Positions 10,601 to 19,894 of a DNA stretch of 64,000 nt are shown here, piece after piece. Position numbers and translations under genes: made by a program. The DNA comes from an uncultured Clostridia bacterium (GTDB lineage Bacteria; Bacillota; Clostridia; TANB77; CAG-508). The notes beneath the pieces were generated by a model. That model made no database searches and had not been told where the DNA came from. It worked only from the letters and a program-made list of their open reading frames with translations. Where the stretch lies: the NCBI GenBank assembly GCA_934155625.1, contig CAKPHD010000001.1:932-64931 (forward strand). Reading direction: 5' to 3'. Each line of letters opens with the position of its first letter. Positions within the stretch are counted from its first letter, which is position 1.

Positions 10601-11372
10601 TTATAATTAAGTAATATTTTTCTAATTCAGGATATTTAGCTAAATTTTGTTTTTCCGCTTCTAATTTTAATTCCGCATCTTCTACAACTTCTTTTACTTG
10701 TTTTAACAATAGTTTTCCCCAGATTGTATCAGCAAAATTTTCTTCTAGTTTATCTGATAAATTGAACATTTCTATCTTCTCATTTAGCCACTTTTCTGGA
10801 AATGGATTACTTTGAATATATGTATAGATTTTCAAAATCAATTCTTTTAGTGGGGTGTCATCTTTATAACTCGTATATGTATTTATCAATTTTGTAAAAT
10901 CTTTGTCTTCTGCTTCGTATTTTTCTTCGAATAAATCTTCTAACACATCTTGCTTTAATATTTCAATCTCTGTAGTATCACCTATTCTAAAGTTTGGAGC
11001 TATATCTATCTCGAAAAAATTATTTCTTACAACGTCTAAGCAAAAAGAATCTATTGTGCATATACTCGCTTTATTTAACAAAGTTACTTGTCTTTGCAAT
11101 TTCTCATTTTCTGGCTTTTCATCTATCTTTTTGTATATTGCATTTAATACTCTTTCTCTCATTTCTGATGCTGCTGCATTTGTAAATGTTACTACTAATA
11201 GTTTGTCTATATCTATATTTTCATTTATTATTTTGTTTATTATTCTTTCTACTAATACTGCTGTTTTTCCACTTCCGGCAGCTGCTGCAACTAATATATT
11301 ACTACCTTTTTCGTATATTGCTTGTTTTTGTTCTTCTGTCCATTTCACTTCATTTGCCATACTTTTTTTCAT
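7671..11372 (-). CDS. addA: ATP-dependent helicase/nuclease subunit A (AddA/RexA)
   Basis: 1233 aa with a UvrD-like helicase Walker A AAAGSGKT and a C-terminal RecB-type nuclease motif LVDFKTD. Confidence 0.88.
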   Translation of the reverse strand: MKKSMANEVKWTEEQKQAIYEKGSNILVAAAAGSGKTAVLVERIINKIINENIDIDKLLVVTFTNAAASEMRERVLNAIYKKIDEKPENEKLQRQVTLLNKASICTIDSFCLDVVRNNFFEIDIAPNFRIGDTTEIEILKQDVLEDLFEEKYEAEDKDFTKLINTYTSYKDDTPLKELILKIYTYIQSNPFPEKWLNEKIEMFNLSDKLEENFADTIWGKLLLKQVKEVVEDAELKLEAEKQNLAKYPELEKYYLIISDDIEQLEMLKINLDSWDKAYEIASNIKFKTWATDKKITLEAKDIAKSVRDTVKANLKKVTEKILIFNSKEANEDINDMYDVLKKLENMILEFGQKFEKRKKDKNIVDFSDVEHFALKILLNKDGKPSEIAKKYQEKYEEIAIDEYQDSNLVQEYILTSISRGNNIFMVGDVKQSIYKFRQARPDLFLEKYKTYQTKGNKGFEDDLKIQLFKNFRSRKEVLDFSNQIFASIMSEELGELNYTEEEYLNLGANYEDTKQDLKAEIDILLTDDAVEDEDLAAEQKVRVTTMAGNGWKDTSEDENNSDDEEEKERVENIELEAKFVANRIKQLIENKFQVYDAKKQEKRDIKYKDIVVLLRSTKEPAPIFEKEILNLGMPVFSDSSAEYLESIEIQTIMSLLKIIDNPLQEIPLVAVMRSMIGGFTDNELVEIRLSDKYDNFYNTILKAKHTVDTKLRTKIDAFLNNLEMWRKEQEYLSLDELIWKIYNDTGYYNYVGLMTNGELRQANLKILFERAKQCESISFKGLFNFINYIEKVKTSSKDMDSAKIIGENDDVIRIMSIHKSKGLEFPVVFLSGTGKQFNMQDLNNKILLHPEIGIGVKYIDYDRQIEYDTLSKQAMRNQIMLETLSEEMRVLYVALTRAKEKLIITGYSTADKQKDLQEMTDKYSELNSILLKKCKTYLDWIELVYKYNQDIMKELSTINVYSKNEIIKKCATEKEKVQNTTEQILEKLSEVKIEKQEEKNIVELLEYKYKFSEATVIPTKTSVTEIKSMSEQDEIKECNDDFYKVEVPTPKFLADDEEISITNAEKGTLIHLCMQNLDLTKEIYKYDDIKELIAKLVMQKIITQKQAEAINISKVYQFTKSKIWDEMTHAHVVQREKAFYISIPAKEIYKEELEENILVQGVIDLFYINAQNELVLVDFKTDYVEDRNEQILIEKYKVQLKLYKKALEEALQKKVDKVYIYSTYLEKEIEILA

Positions 11373-11571
11373 TCCTTTCCTAGGTTATGTTTTTGCTCTA
11401 CTCTAATAATTATATGCATTTTACCATAGAGGTGAAAAAAAGTACACATATTAATACAATTTTTGTCATTTTTCTTGACTTTATGTTTACTTTATGCTAA
11501 AATATTTTTGTAATTCGTTAACTTAGTTCCTTGTTTAAAGGAACTCTCTTTCAATATTGGAGGTCACATAA

Positions 11572-11883
11572 ATGGAAAAAAGACCAAAAATACGATTTGT
11601 AGATTCTTATGAAGATGCACCAGATAATGCCAGATATATTCTTAGATATCAAATCGATGGTAGTTGGCTTCTTCAAGAATATCAAGATGAAGTTCAATCA
11701 GATTTAGGCGAATTCAGAGATGTAGTTCATGAAAAATTTCATACAATCTTAGAAGAATGTCTCAAATTAATGGACACCAACTTTACATTATGGGTTGAAA
11801 AACCTGCTTGGATGTATGCAAATGCAGAATTTGACAACATGATGAATGATCTTGCAGCATCTATAAATGAAATCTACGAATAA
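11572..11883 (+). CDS. Hypothetical protein (103 aa)
   Basis: ORF with an upstream GGAGG RBS. No recognisable motifs. Confidence 0.45.
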   Translation: MEKRPKIRFVDSYEDAPDNARYILRYQIDGSWLLQEYQDEVQSDLGEFRDVVHEKFHTILEECLKLMDTNFTLWVEKPAWMYANAEFDNMMNDLAASINEIYE

Positions 11884-11916
11884 GAACAAAAAGAAGGAAC
11901 TGCTTGTTCCTTCTTT

Positions 11917-14079
11917 TTATTCTTCTTCATTTTTGTTTTCTTCTTCAACTTCCTCTTCTAAGATTTTTTCTTGACTTAAATCAACTAAATCTTTCATAGT
12001 AAGGTTAATTTTACCTTGGTCATCAATTCCAATAACTTTAACAGGAACTTTATCACCAGGTTTAACATAATCTTCAACCTTATTAACTCTTTCTTTAGCT
12101 ATCTTAGAAATATGAACCAAACCTTCTTTACCTCCACCAATATCAACAAAAGCACCAAATGAAGTAGTTCTAGTAACTGTTCCATAATAAATTTGTCCAA
12201 CTTCAAATTCTCTAACAATATCTTCTATCATATCTAATGCTTGATATGCTTTATCTTGGTCTGGAGAATAAATCATAACTTGTCCATCTTCTTCGATGTC
12301 AATTTTAACACCTGTTGCATCAATTATTTTATTAATTGTTTCTCCACCTTTACCGATTACATCTTTGATTTTTTCAACTTTAATTTGAGTTGTAACAATT
12401 TGTGGTGCATATGGAGAAAGTTCTTCTCTTGGTTCAGCAATAACTGGCTTCATAATATCATCTAAAATGTATTGTCTTGCTTTTTTAGTTCTAGCAAAAG
12501 CTTCTTCAATTATTTTATATGATAATCCATCAACTTTGATATCAACTTGGATAGCTGTAATACCTTTTTCTGTTCCACCAACTTTGAAATCCATATCTCC
12601 GAAGAAATCTTCAAGACCTTGGATATCTGTTAACATTACATAATCATCTGGATTTTCTGGGTTTGTTACTAAACCTGTAGAAATACCAGCAACTGGTCTT
12701 TTAATTGGAACACCTGCATCCATCAAAGATAATGTGCTTCCACAAATACTTGCTTGTGATGTTGAACCATTTGAAGATAATACTTCTGATACAACTCTTA
12801 TAGCATAAGGGAATTCTTCTTTTGATGGAAGTACTGGAACCAATGCTTTTTCTGCTAAAGCACCATGACCAATTTCTCTTCTTCCAGGTCCTCTTGATGG
12901 TCTAGCTTCTCCAACACTGTATGCTGGGAAGTTATATTGATGCATATATCTTTTTGATGTTTCTGTATCAATTCCATCTAAGTCTTGTTCTTCGCTTAAC
13001 ATTCCTAATGTTACTATTGACATTACTTGAGTTTGACCTCTTGTAAATATCGCACTTCCATGTGTACGAGGTAATACTCCAGCTTCGCATGATAATGGTC
13101 TTATCTCATCAATTGCTCTTCCGTCAACTCTTTTGTGCTCATAGAATATCATATCTCTTACGCATTTTTTCTCTAATTTATAAATAGCTTCTCCAATTTC
13201 TTGAGTTCTTTCTGTTGCTGCTTCTTCTCCTATTTTTTCTGTAACTGCTGCTGTTATTTCGTCTGATAATGCTGCTACATTGTTGTCTCTAGTTTCTTTA
13301 TCAACTTCTTGAACAGCAATTTTCATTTTTTCTGTGAAATTGTTTTCTAAAAATTCATATAAATCATGGTCAACTGCAAATGATTTGTATTCAAATTTTG
13401 GCTTTCCAATTTCATCTTTCATTTTTTGAATAAATTTACATATTTTTTGTATTTCTGCATGTCCTTTTTTGATTGCCTCTAACATAATATCATCTGGAAC
13501 TTCATTAGCTCCGGCTTCAATCATTGCAACTTTTTCAGCTGTTCCTGCAACTGTTAAAGTTAAATCACTTTTTTCTCTTTGAGCTTCTGTTGGGTTTATA
13601 ACGATTTCTCCATCAACTAAACCTACATTTACTGCAGCTGTTGGTCCACCAAATGGAATATCAGAAATTGATAAAGCTGCTGAAGCTCCTATCATTGCTG
13701 CTACTTCTGGTGAATTATCTTGTTCTACACATAGAACTGTCGCAACAACTACAACATCATTTCTAAAATCTTTTGGGAATAATGGTCTTAAAGGTCTGTC
13801 AATTGCTCTTGATGTTAATATTGCTTTGTCACTTGGTTTTCCTTCTCTTTTTTGATAAGAACCTGGAATTTTTCCAACTGAATATAATTTTTCTTCATAA
13901 TCTACTGATAATGGGAAGAAATCAATCCCATCTCTTGGTTCTTTTGATGCTGTAACATTTACCATTACTACAGTATCTCCATATTTTACAACTACACTTC
14001 CATTTGCTAGTCCACATAGTTTGCCTGTTTCTATTACAAGTTTTCTTCCTGCTAATTCTGTTTCATAACTTTTAAACAT
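11917..14079 (-). CDS. pnp: Polyribonucleotide nucleotidyltransferase (PNPase)
   Basis: 720 aa with two RNase PH domains plus KH and S1 domains and an acidic C-terminal tail. Confidence 0.92.
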   Translation of the reverse strand: MFKSYETELAGRKLVIETGKLCGLANGSVVVKYGDTVVMVNVTASKEPRDGIDFFPLSVDYEEKLYSVGKIPGSYQKREGKPSDKAILTSRAIDRPLRPLFPKDFRNDVVVVATVLCVEQDNSPEVAAMIGASAALSISDIPFGGPTAAVNVGLVDGEIVINPTEAQREKSDLTLTVAGTAEKVAMIEAGANEVPDDIMLEAIKKGHAEIQKICKFIQKMKDEIGKPKFEYKSFAVDHDLYEFLENNFTEKMKIAVQEVDKETRDNNVAALSDEITAAVTEKIGEEAATERTQEIGEAIYKLEKKCVRDMIFYEHKRVDGRAIDEIRPLSCEAGVLPRTHGSAIFTRGQTQVMSIVTLGMLSEEQDLDGIDTETSKRYMHQYNFPAYSVGEARPSRGPGRREIGHGALAEKALVPVLPSKEEFPYAIRVVSEVLSSNGSTSQASICGSTLSLMDAGVPIKRPVAGISTGLVTNPENPDDYVMLTDIQGLEDFFGDMDFKVGGTEKGITAIQVDIKVDGLSYKIIEEAFARTKKARQYILDDIMKPVIAEPREELSPYAPQIVTTQIKVEKIKDVIGKGGETINKIIDATGVKIDIEEDGQVMIYSPDQDKAYQALDMIEDIVREFEVGQIYYGTVTRTTSFGAFVDIGGGKEGLVHISKIAKERVNKVEDYVKPGDKVPVKVIGIDDQGKINLTMKDLVDLSQEKILEEEVEEENKNEEE

Positions 14080-14409
14080 ATTTTTCCTACCTTTCTTTTT
14101 ATGGCTAAAGAAATCCTTTATTGTAGTTATTATTCTCAGCCATCTTTTAATTTACACCTATTTTGTTTTTACAACTTATATTTACGGCAAACCAGATATA
14201 GATTGTAACCTCTATAATACTTTAAACTTTAATATTGGCTTTTATGTTATTAGCTAAAGTGATACATTTACACTATCTGCCCAAATTTAAAACATTATAC
14301 AAGCTACCATTCTACTCTTAGTTTGTCAGCATTCATTTACTACTCTTCTTTTATTCTTCTTTTTTTATAATAATTAATTTCATAAATATTAAGCAGTAAT
14401 TAACCTAAT

Positions 14410-14443
14410 AAAAGGACGTCGCATGTCGCAAACGCCCTTTTAC
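14410..14443 (-). terminator. rpsO terminator / pnp leader hairpin (aaaagggcg...cgacgtcctttt followed by a T-run)
   Basis: Roughly 10-bp stem directly after the rpsO stop, read on the minus strand. Confidence 0.5.
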
Positions 14444-14457
14444 ATACAACTTATCAA

Positions 14458-14721
14458 CTATTTTCTTAGTCCTAATTTTTTAACTAATTCTTTATATGCA
14501 TTTTCGTCTTTTTTAGCTAAGTAGTTTAATAAATTTCTTCTTTTACCAACCATTTTTAAAAGACCTCTTCTTGAATGGTTGTCTTTTTTATGAACTTTTA
14601 AATGCTCTGTTAATTCATTAATTCTTTCTGTTAAAAGAGCGATTTGAACTTCTGAAGATCCAGTATCTTTTTCATCTCTTCTATATTCATTAATGATTTG
14701 TTGTTTTCTTTCTGCTGTCAT
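14458..14721 (-). CDS. rpsO: 30S ribosomal protein S15
   Basis: 87 aa with typical S15 sequence. rpsO-pnp synteny. Confidence 0.92.
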   Translation of the reverse strand: MTAERKQQIINEYRRDEKDTGSSEVQIALLTERINELTEHLKVHKKDNHSRRGLLKMVGKRRNLLNYLAKKDENAYKELVKKLGLRK

Positions 14722-14860
14722 AATAACACCTCCTATTTCCTTTTCTCCTTATACCGAGCCACAATAATAGGTGTTTTTTATTGCGCTAAGTTTAAGGAAC
14801 ATTTTTTTACATAACTATTGTACTATACTTTACATTAAAAATCAAGCATTTCTTGAAAAT

Positions 14861-15010
14861 TTTTGGTACTTTTGGGACCGGTTCTCTGCCGTCACATTTT
14901 TGGTACTTTTGGGACCGGTTCTCTGCCGTCACATTTTTGGTACCGTTGGGACCGGTTCTCTGCCGTCACATTTTTGGTACCGTTAGGACCGGTTCTTAAC
15001 CGTATCATTT
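14861..15010. repeat. Tandem array of 4 units of a 37-bp repeat, tttttggtac(tt/cg)t(t/g)gggaccggttct(ctgcc/taacc)gtcaca. No spacers.
   Basis: Read directly. Member of a dispersed family with 9 sites in the window. Confidence 0.85.
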
Positions 15011-15781
15011 TTACGCACCAACTATTGAAAAACCATTATCAACATGAATAATTTCACCTGTAATTCCTGATGACATATCACTAAAAAGGAAGCTTGTTGC
15101 ATCTCCAACTTGCTTAGGTGTTACATTTTGATGTAATGGAGCCTTATTCTCTACTTCATCTAATATTATGTTAAAATCTTTGATTCCTTTAGCTGATAGT
15201 GTCTTTATTGGTCCTGCAGAAATCCCGTTAATTCTAATTTTTGATTTTCCCAAATCTTTTGATAAATATCTTATATTAGCTTCTAAAGCCGCTTTTGCTG
15301 CGCCCATTACATTATATCCTTCAATAACTTTTTCTGCCCCATAATATGTATATGAAACAATGCTAGCTCCATCATTCAATACCTCTAACTCTTTAGCAAT
15401 TCTAGCCACGGCAACTAAAGAATATGCACTCACATCACAAGCATGAGCATACCCGCTTCTTGATGTCAAAATAAAATCATTCCTTAAATCTTCCGTATTT
15501 GCATGAGCAATTGCATGAAGAATTCCATCTACTTTACCATATTTTTCTTTTATTGCTTCAAAGCACTCTTGTATACTTTCATCTGAACTTGCATCACACG
15601 AAAAAACATCAGAATTCGGAATTTCATTTGTTAGCTCTTTTATTTTATTGATCTTATCTTTGGAACCACATGTAAAAATCACTTGTGCACCCTGCTCATA
15701 AGCTGATTGTGCAGCCCCCCATGCAATACTCCATTTATTTCTTATTCCCATTATTACTATTTTTTTATTTTTTAAAATCAT
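15011..15781 (-). CDS. fabI: Enoyl-[acyl-carrier-protein] reductase (NADH), FabI, an SDR-family enzyme
   Basis: 256 aa with an N-terminal Rossmann GxxxxxSIAxG motif and FabI-like catalytic Tyr/Lys spacing. Confidence 0.8.
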   Translation of the reverse strand: MILKNKKIVIMGIRNKWSIAWGAAQSAYEQGAQVIFTCGSKDKINKIKELTNEIPNSDVFSCDASSDESIQECFEAIKEKYGKVDGILHAIAHANTEDLRNDFILTSRSGYAHACDVSAYSLVAVARIAKELEVLNDGASIVSYTYYGAEKVIEGYNVMGAAKAALEANIRYLSKDLGKSKIRINGISAGPIKTLSAKGIKDFNIILDEVENKAPLHQNVTPKQVGDATSFLFSDMSSGITGEIIHVDNGFSIVGA

Positions 15782-15812
15782 TTTTCCCTCCTATTTCTTC
15801 ATTTAATTTTTA

Positions 15813-15920
15813 TTGTACTTTTGGGACCGGTTCTTAACCGTCACATTTTTGGTACCGTTGGGACCGGTTCTCTGCCGTCACATTTTTGGTACCGTTGGGA
15901 CCGGTTCTTATCGGTACACT
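15813..15920. repeat. Tandem array of 3 units of the 37-bp repeat. It overlaps the last codons of accA.
   Basis: Same unit as 14861-15010, in the same orientation. Confidence 0.85.
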
Positions 15921-16714
15921 TTTCTAAATTTTTTATATCTATTCTCCACTAAAATTTCAATATCATTTTTCGAATCAAACTTCAATTTATTAACACTCTC
16001 TATTATATATTTTTTTAAATCAGAGGCAACACTTTCAAAACCAGCTTGATGAGCTTGAACTCCATCATCAGGTTCTTCTATAATCTTGTCTATAATTCCC
16101 AGTTTCATCAAATCTTGTGCAGTTATCTTCATATTTTCAGCGGCTTCTTGTGCCCTTCCTGCATCTTTGTATAGAATACTAGCAAATCCTTCTGGAGAAA
16201 GTATTGAATATACTGCATTTTCTAACATGACTATCTTGTCTCCAACAGCAATTGCCAGAGCTCCTCCGCTTGATCCCTCTCCTATTACAACACATATTAT
16301 TGGAACTTTCAATCTTGACATTTCGAATATATTTCTAGCAATAGCTTCTCCTTGTCCTCTTTCTTCTGCTCCCATTCCAGGGTAAGCTCCCGGTGTATCT
16401 ATAAATGTTATTATTGGCCTATTGAATTTTTCGGCCTGTTTCATCAATCTTAACGCCTTCCTATATCCTTCTGGATTAGGCATTCCAAAATTCCTATCCA
16501 TATTTTCCTTTATGTTTTTTCCTTTTTGTTCTCCAATTACTGTAACTGGAATATCATCTAAAAATGCTATTCCTCCAACAATTGATTTATCATCACCAAA
16601 ATTTCTATCTCCATGTAACTCAACAAAATCTGTAAATATCTTATTTATATAATCAAGTGCCTTCGGCCTTTCTGACATTCTTGCTAAGCAAACTTTTTCC
16701 CATGCAGTTTTCAT
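15908..16714 (-). CDS. accA: Acetyl-CoA carboxylase carboxyltransferase subunit alpha
   Basis: 268 aa with typical AccA motifs (PGAYPGxGAEERGQ). Confidence 0.9.
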   Translation of the reverse strand: MKTAWEKVCLARMSERPKALDYINKIFTDFVELHGDRNFGDDKSIVGGIAFLDDIPVTVIGEQKGKNIKENMDRNFGMPNPEGYRKALRLMKQAEKFNRPIITFIDTPGAYPGMGAEERGQGEAIARNIFEMSRLKVPIICVVIGEGSSGGALAIAVGDKIVMLENAVYSILSPEGFASILYKDAGRAQEAAENMKITAQDLMKLGIIDKIIEEPDDGVQAHQAGFESVASDLKKYIIESVNKLKFDSKNDIEILVENRYKKFRKVYR

Positions 16715-17716
16715 TTACGCCTCAACCCCCTTCTCCACAAAGATTTCCTCTTTATCGCGTTCGCTCTCAGTCATGTCTTTTTTTCTTGAATTTAATTTAT
16801 TTTGATTTTTATGCATTTTTAACATTTTATATAGAACTTCTTTCATCTCTTTTCTTTCTACAATCATATCAACAAATCCATGTTCAAGCAAGAATTCTGC
16901 CCTCTGAAAACCTTCTGGCAACTTCTGGCGAATTGTCTGTTCAATTACTCTAGGACCCGCAAATCCTATTAATGCATTCGGCTCTGCAATTATAATATCT
17001 CCTAGACTTGCAAAACTAGCAGTAACGCCTCCTGTTGTAGGGTCTGTAAGAACTGATATATATAACAACCCAGCATCATCATGTCTAGCTAATGCTGATG
17101 AAGTCTTCGCCATTTGCATAAGTGATACAATTCCCTCTTGCATCCTTGCACCTCCTGATACGCAAAATATTATTAACGGAAGTCTTTTTTCAATTGACGT
17201 TTCTATTGCTAATGTTATTCTTTCTCCAACAGCTTCTCCCATGCTTCCCATCATAAAATTTCCATCCATAATAGCAATTACCGCTTCTTCTCCATTGATT
17301 CTACAAATACCACATTTTACAGCTTCTTCTATCTTTGTTTTTTCTTTTAATGCTTCTACCTTTTTTAAATACCCTTCAAATTTTAATGGATCTTTGGTTA
17401 AAATATCTGCACCAATTTCTACAAAAGAATCTTCGTCTGCAATTTGTTTTATTCGTCTTCTTGCCGAAATTCTAAAGTGTTTGCCACAATTTGGACATAC
17501 ACTAAAATTATTGTGCACATCTTCTTTATATAATATTTCTTTACAATTGTCGCATTTTATCCATTTTCCAATTAACATATCTGATGCTTTTTCATTTTTT
17601 ACTCTTTTCTCAGTTTTATTTATTTTTCTGATTTTTTCAATTATCATTTTTTTCCGATGCACTTCCTCTCTACCATCATTCTTTTGTATTATATATTTCA
17701 CATTCCAAATTAGCAA
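16715..17716 (-). CDS. accD: Acetyl-CoA carboxylase carboxyltransferase subunit beta (start codon uncertain; the true start is probably internal)
   Basis: Zn-ribbon CxxC...CxxC followed by the carboxyltransferase domain. Directly upstream of accA. Confidence 0.88.
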   Translation of the reverse strand: MLIWNVKYIIQKNDGREEVHRKKMIIEKIRKINKTEKRVKNEKASDMLIGKWIKCDNCKEILYKEDVHNNFSVCPNCGKHFRISARRRIKQIADEDSFVEIGADILTKDPLKFEGYLKKVEALKEKTKIEEAVKCGICRINGEEAVIAIMDGNFMMGSMGEAVGERITLAIETSIEKRLPLIIFCVSGGARMQEGIVSLMQMAKTSSALARHDDAGLLYISVLTDPTTGGVTASFASLGDIIIAEPNALIGFAGPRVIEQTIRQKLPEGFQRAEFLLEHGFVDMIVERKEMKEVLYKMLKMHKNQNKLNSRKKDMTESERDKEEIFVEKGVEA

Positions 17717-17830
17717 TTAGACTGAATAGTCAAGTTAAAAACTCTTGACGTAGAGTCAAAAAAATATCACAATAATGATATTTCTATCAAAATTGTGATA
17801 TTTTCACATATATATCTTCCGATTTATTAA

Positions 17831-19264
17831 TTAAATTCTTACAATTCCTCCAAGAACTTTTTTATCTAAACCTTGAGAAAATGTTTGAGCTCCACCTAAA
17901 AGAACTACAACATCACCTTTTTCAAGGATTTCTTGTTCTTTTAATTTTTGAATTCCTTTTTCAACTGTTTCTTCAATTGTTTCTTCACCTTCAACAAATA
18001 CTGGAGTTACATTCCAAGCTAAAGCTAATTGGTGGAATGTTCTTCTATTATCTGTTACAGCTAAGATTGGGCATCCAGCTCCAAGTCCTGATAATGTTCT
18101 AGCAGAATCTCCTGTATGTGTATATACAACGATTGCATCTGCATTGAAGTTTTTAGCTGTTACACATGAAGAATAAGCAATTTTAGCTTCATCATCAGAT
18201 AAATCTAAATATTCATTATTGTCAAATCTCTTCCAGTAATGAATTTCTGGTTCAACTCTATTAGCTATTTTAACCATTGTTTGTACACATTCAACTGGGT
18301 AATCACCTTGAGCACATTCTCCTGAAAGCATTATTGCACTTGTTCTATCATAGATAGCATTTGCTACATCACTTGCTTCAGCTCTTGTTGGTAATGGTTG
18401 ATGTGTCATTGATTCTAACATTTGTGTAGCTGTTATAGCTGGTTTGAATAATTTGTTAGCTGTTCTAATAATTCTCTTTTGAACAACTGGTGGTTCTGTA
18501 AAGTCTGTTTCTGTAGCCATATCTCCACGAGCGATCATTTGAGCATCAGCTTCGTTAAGAATATCGTCTAAGTTTGATAAACCTTCAACATTTTCAATCT
18601 TTGTAACGATTTGGATATCTTTTCCACCATTTTCATCTAATACTTTTCTTACTTGTCTTATATCATCTAAGTTTCTTGCAAATGAAATTGCAACAAAGTC
18701 ATAATCATGTTCGCAAGCAGCTTTTAAATCTGCTATGTCTTTTTCAGCTAATCCTGGTAATCTGATAATTGTTCCAGGTAAGTTCATTGTTTTTCTGCTT
18801 CCTAAACCATTTCCATGCACAACTGTTGTAACTATATCTTTTCCAACAACTTCGTCAACTTTTAATTCAATTGCTCCATCATCTATTAAGATTTTTGTTC
18901 CTGGTTGTACATCTTTATATAATTCTTTATATGTTATAGAAACTTTTTCTTCGTCTCCTGTAATGTCTTCATTAACTAATGTGAATTTTTGTCCATCTTT
19001 TAATTGGATTTTTGTATTTTTTCCTGTATATAACATTCCTGTTCTGATTTCAGGACCTTTCATGTCTAATAGCAATGCGATTGGTAAATCTTTTTCTTCT
19101 CTTAATTTGATTATTGCTTCTGTTTTTTCTGATTGCTCATCCCAACTTCCATGTGAATAGTTGATTCTGCAAACGTTTAATCCTGCATCGAATAATTCTT
19201 CTAATTTGTTTTCACTTGCTGGACCGATTGTTCCTACAATTTTAGTTTTTCTTAAATTTTTCAC
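17831..19264 (-). CDS. pyk: Pyruvate kinase
   Basis: 477 aa, starting MKNLRKTKIVGTIGPAS. Typical PK barrel and C-terminal domain. Confidence 0.9.
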   Translation of the reverse strand: MKNLRKTKIVGTIGPASENKLEELFDAGLNVCRINYSHGSWDEQSEKTEAIIKLREEKDLPIALLLDMKGPEIRTGMLYTGKNTKIQLKDGQKFTLVNEDITGDEEKVSITYKELYKDVQPGTKILIDDGAIELKVDEVVGKDIVTTVVHGNGLGSRKTMNLPGTIIRLPGLAEKDIADLKAACEHDYDFVAISFARNLDDIRQVRKVLDENGGKDIQIVTKIENVEGLSNLDDILNEADAQMIARGDMATETDFTEPPVVQKRIIRTANKLFKPAITATQMLESMTHQPLPTRAEASDVANAIYDRTSAIMLSGECAQGDYPVECVQTMVKIANRVEPEIHYWKRFDNNEYLDLSDDEAKIAYSSCVTAKNFNADAIVVYTHTGDSARTLSGLGAGCPILAVTDNRRTFHQLALAWNVTPVFVEGEETIEETVEKGIQKLKEQEILEKGDVVVLLGGAQTFSQGLDKKVLGGIVRI

Positions 19265-19445
19265 TTTGAATTCCTCCTTAAATTTTTACAATTACTGCTA
19301 TTATACCATTTTTGTTGATGATTTATACAATTCATATCATACAATAGCTTTTTCACATTTTATAGTTTTTTGCTACTAATATAGCCATAAAGTTTCGAAT
19401 TTTAAAATTCAGCACAAAAACGCCTTAACGGCGTCTGTCATTTTA

Positions 19446-19631
19446 TTATTCTTCTACTTTTTTTGCAACTACTTCTTTTCCATCATAGTATCCACAGTTT
19501 GAACATACTCTATGTGGTAATACTGGTTCATGACAATGTGGGCAAGTAGCAAATTTTGGTTGTTCTACTTTCCATGTTGATCTTTTTGAATGTGTTCTAG
19601 CTTTTGACCATCTTCTTTTTGGTTGTGCCAT
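19446..19631 (-). CDS. rpmF: 50S ribosomal protein L32 (start placed at MAQPKRR)
   Basis: Zn-ribbon CPHC...CSNCG. L32-like length. Confidence 0.8.
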   Translation of the reverse strand: MAQPKRRWSKARTHSKRSTWKVEQPKFATCPHCHEPVLPHRVCSNCGYYDGKEVVAKKVEE

Positions 19632-19894
19632 CTTAATCCCTCCTCGCATAAGATATATGTATATATCTGTTCATTTTTTACTTATTAAAAATATTATCAT
19701 TTTCTAATATTGCTGTTTATAGCAAATTACAACTAATTTTGTCACTCTAAAATTATACAAGCATTTTTTCAATTTGTCAACAGCTTTTGGAAATTTTGTG
19801 CAATTTTTGCATAACTTTTATGTAATTTTTATAAAAACACTGAATATATTATAAAATGAGTAAATAAATTTATTTGATTGGAGGCTTTATTTAT

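Noticed and set aside
10903-11406. 167-aa plus-strand ORF, and many other 60-160 aa ORFs antisense to long genes (for example 920..1138, 3075..3338, 6329..6751, 17241..17720, 30589..31074, 42524..43075)
   Set aside because: They lie fully inside well-supported minus-strand genes and have low-complexity Leu/Phe/Ile-rich translations typical of AT-rich antisense frames. No RBS is present.
14861-15010. Tandem 37-bp repeats that superficially resemble a CRISPR array (also at 15813, 20089, 33229)
   Set aside because: Units abut directly with no unique spacers. No cas genes are in the window. The same unit recurs as single copies at many unrelated sites. This is a dispersed or tandem repeat family, not CRISPR.
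14771-15051. Small ORFs (FWDRFSAVTFLV...) at 14771..14986 and 14863..15051; the same type occurs at 15813..16049, 20045..20236, 33164..33382 and 52876..53139
   Set aside because: They are translations of the tandem repeat units themselves, not genes.
19446-19649. Longer rpmF start (MRGGIKMAQPK...)
   Set aside because: The L32 family begins at the MA(Q/V)P motif. The upstream extension lacks an RBS, so the start is placed at 19631.
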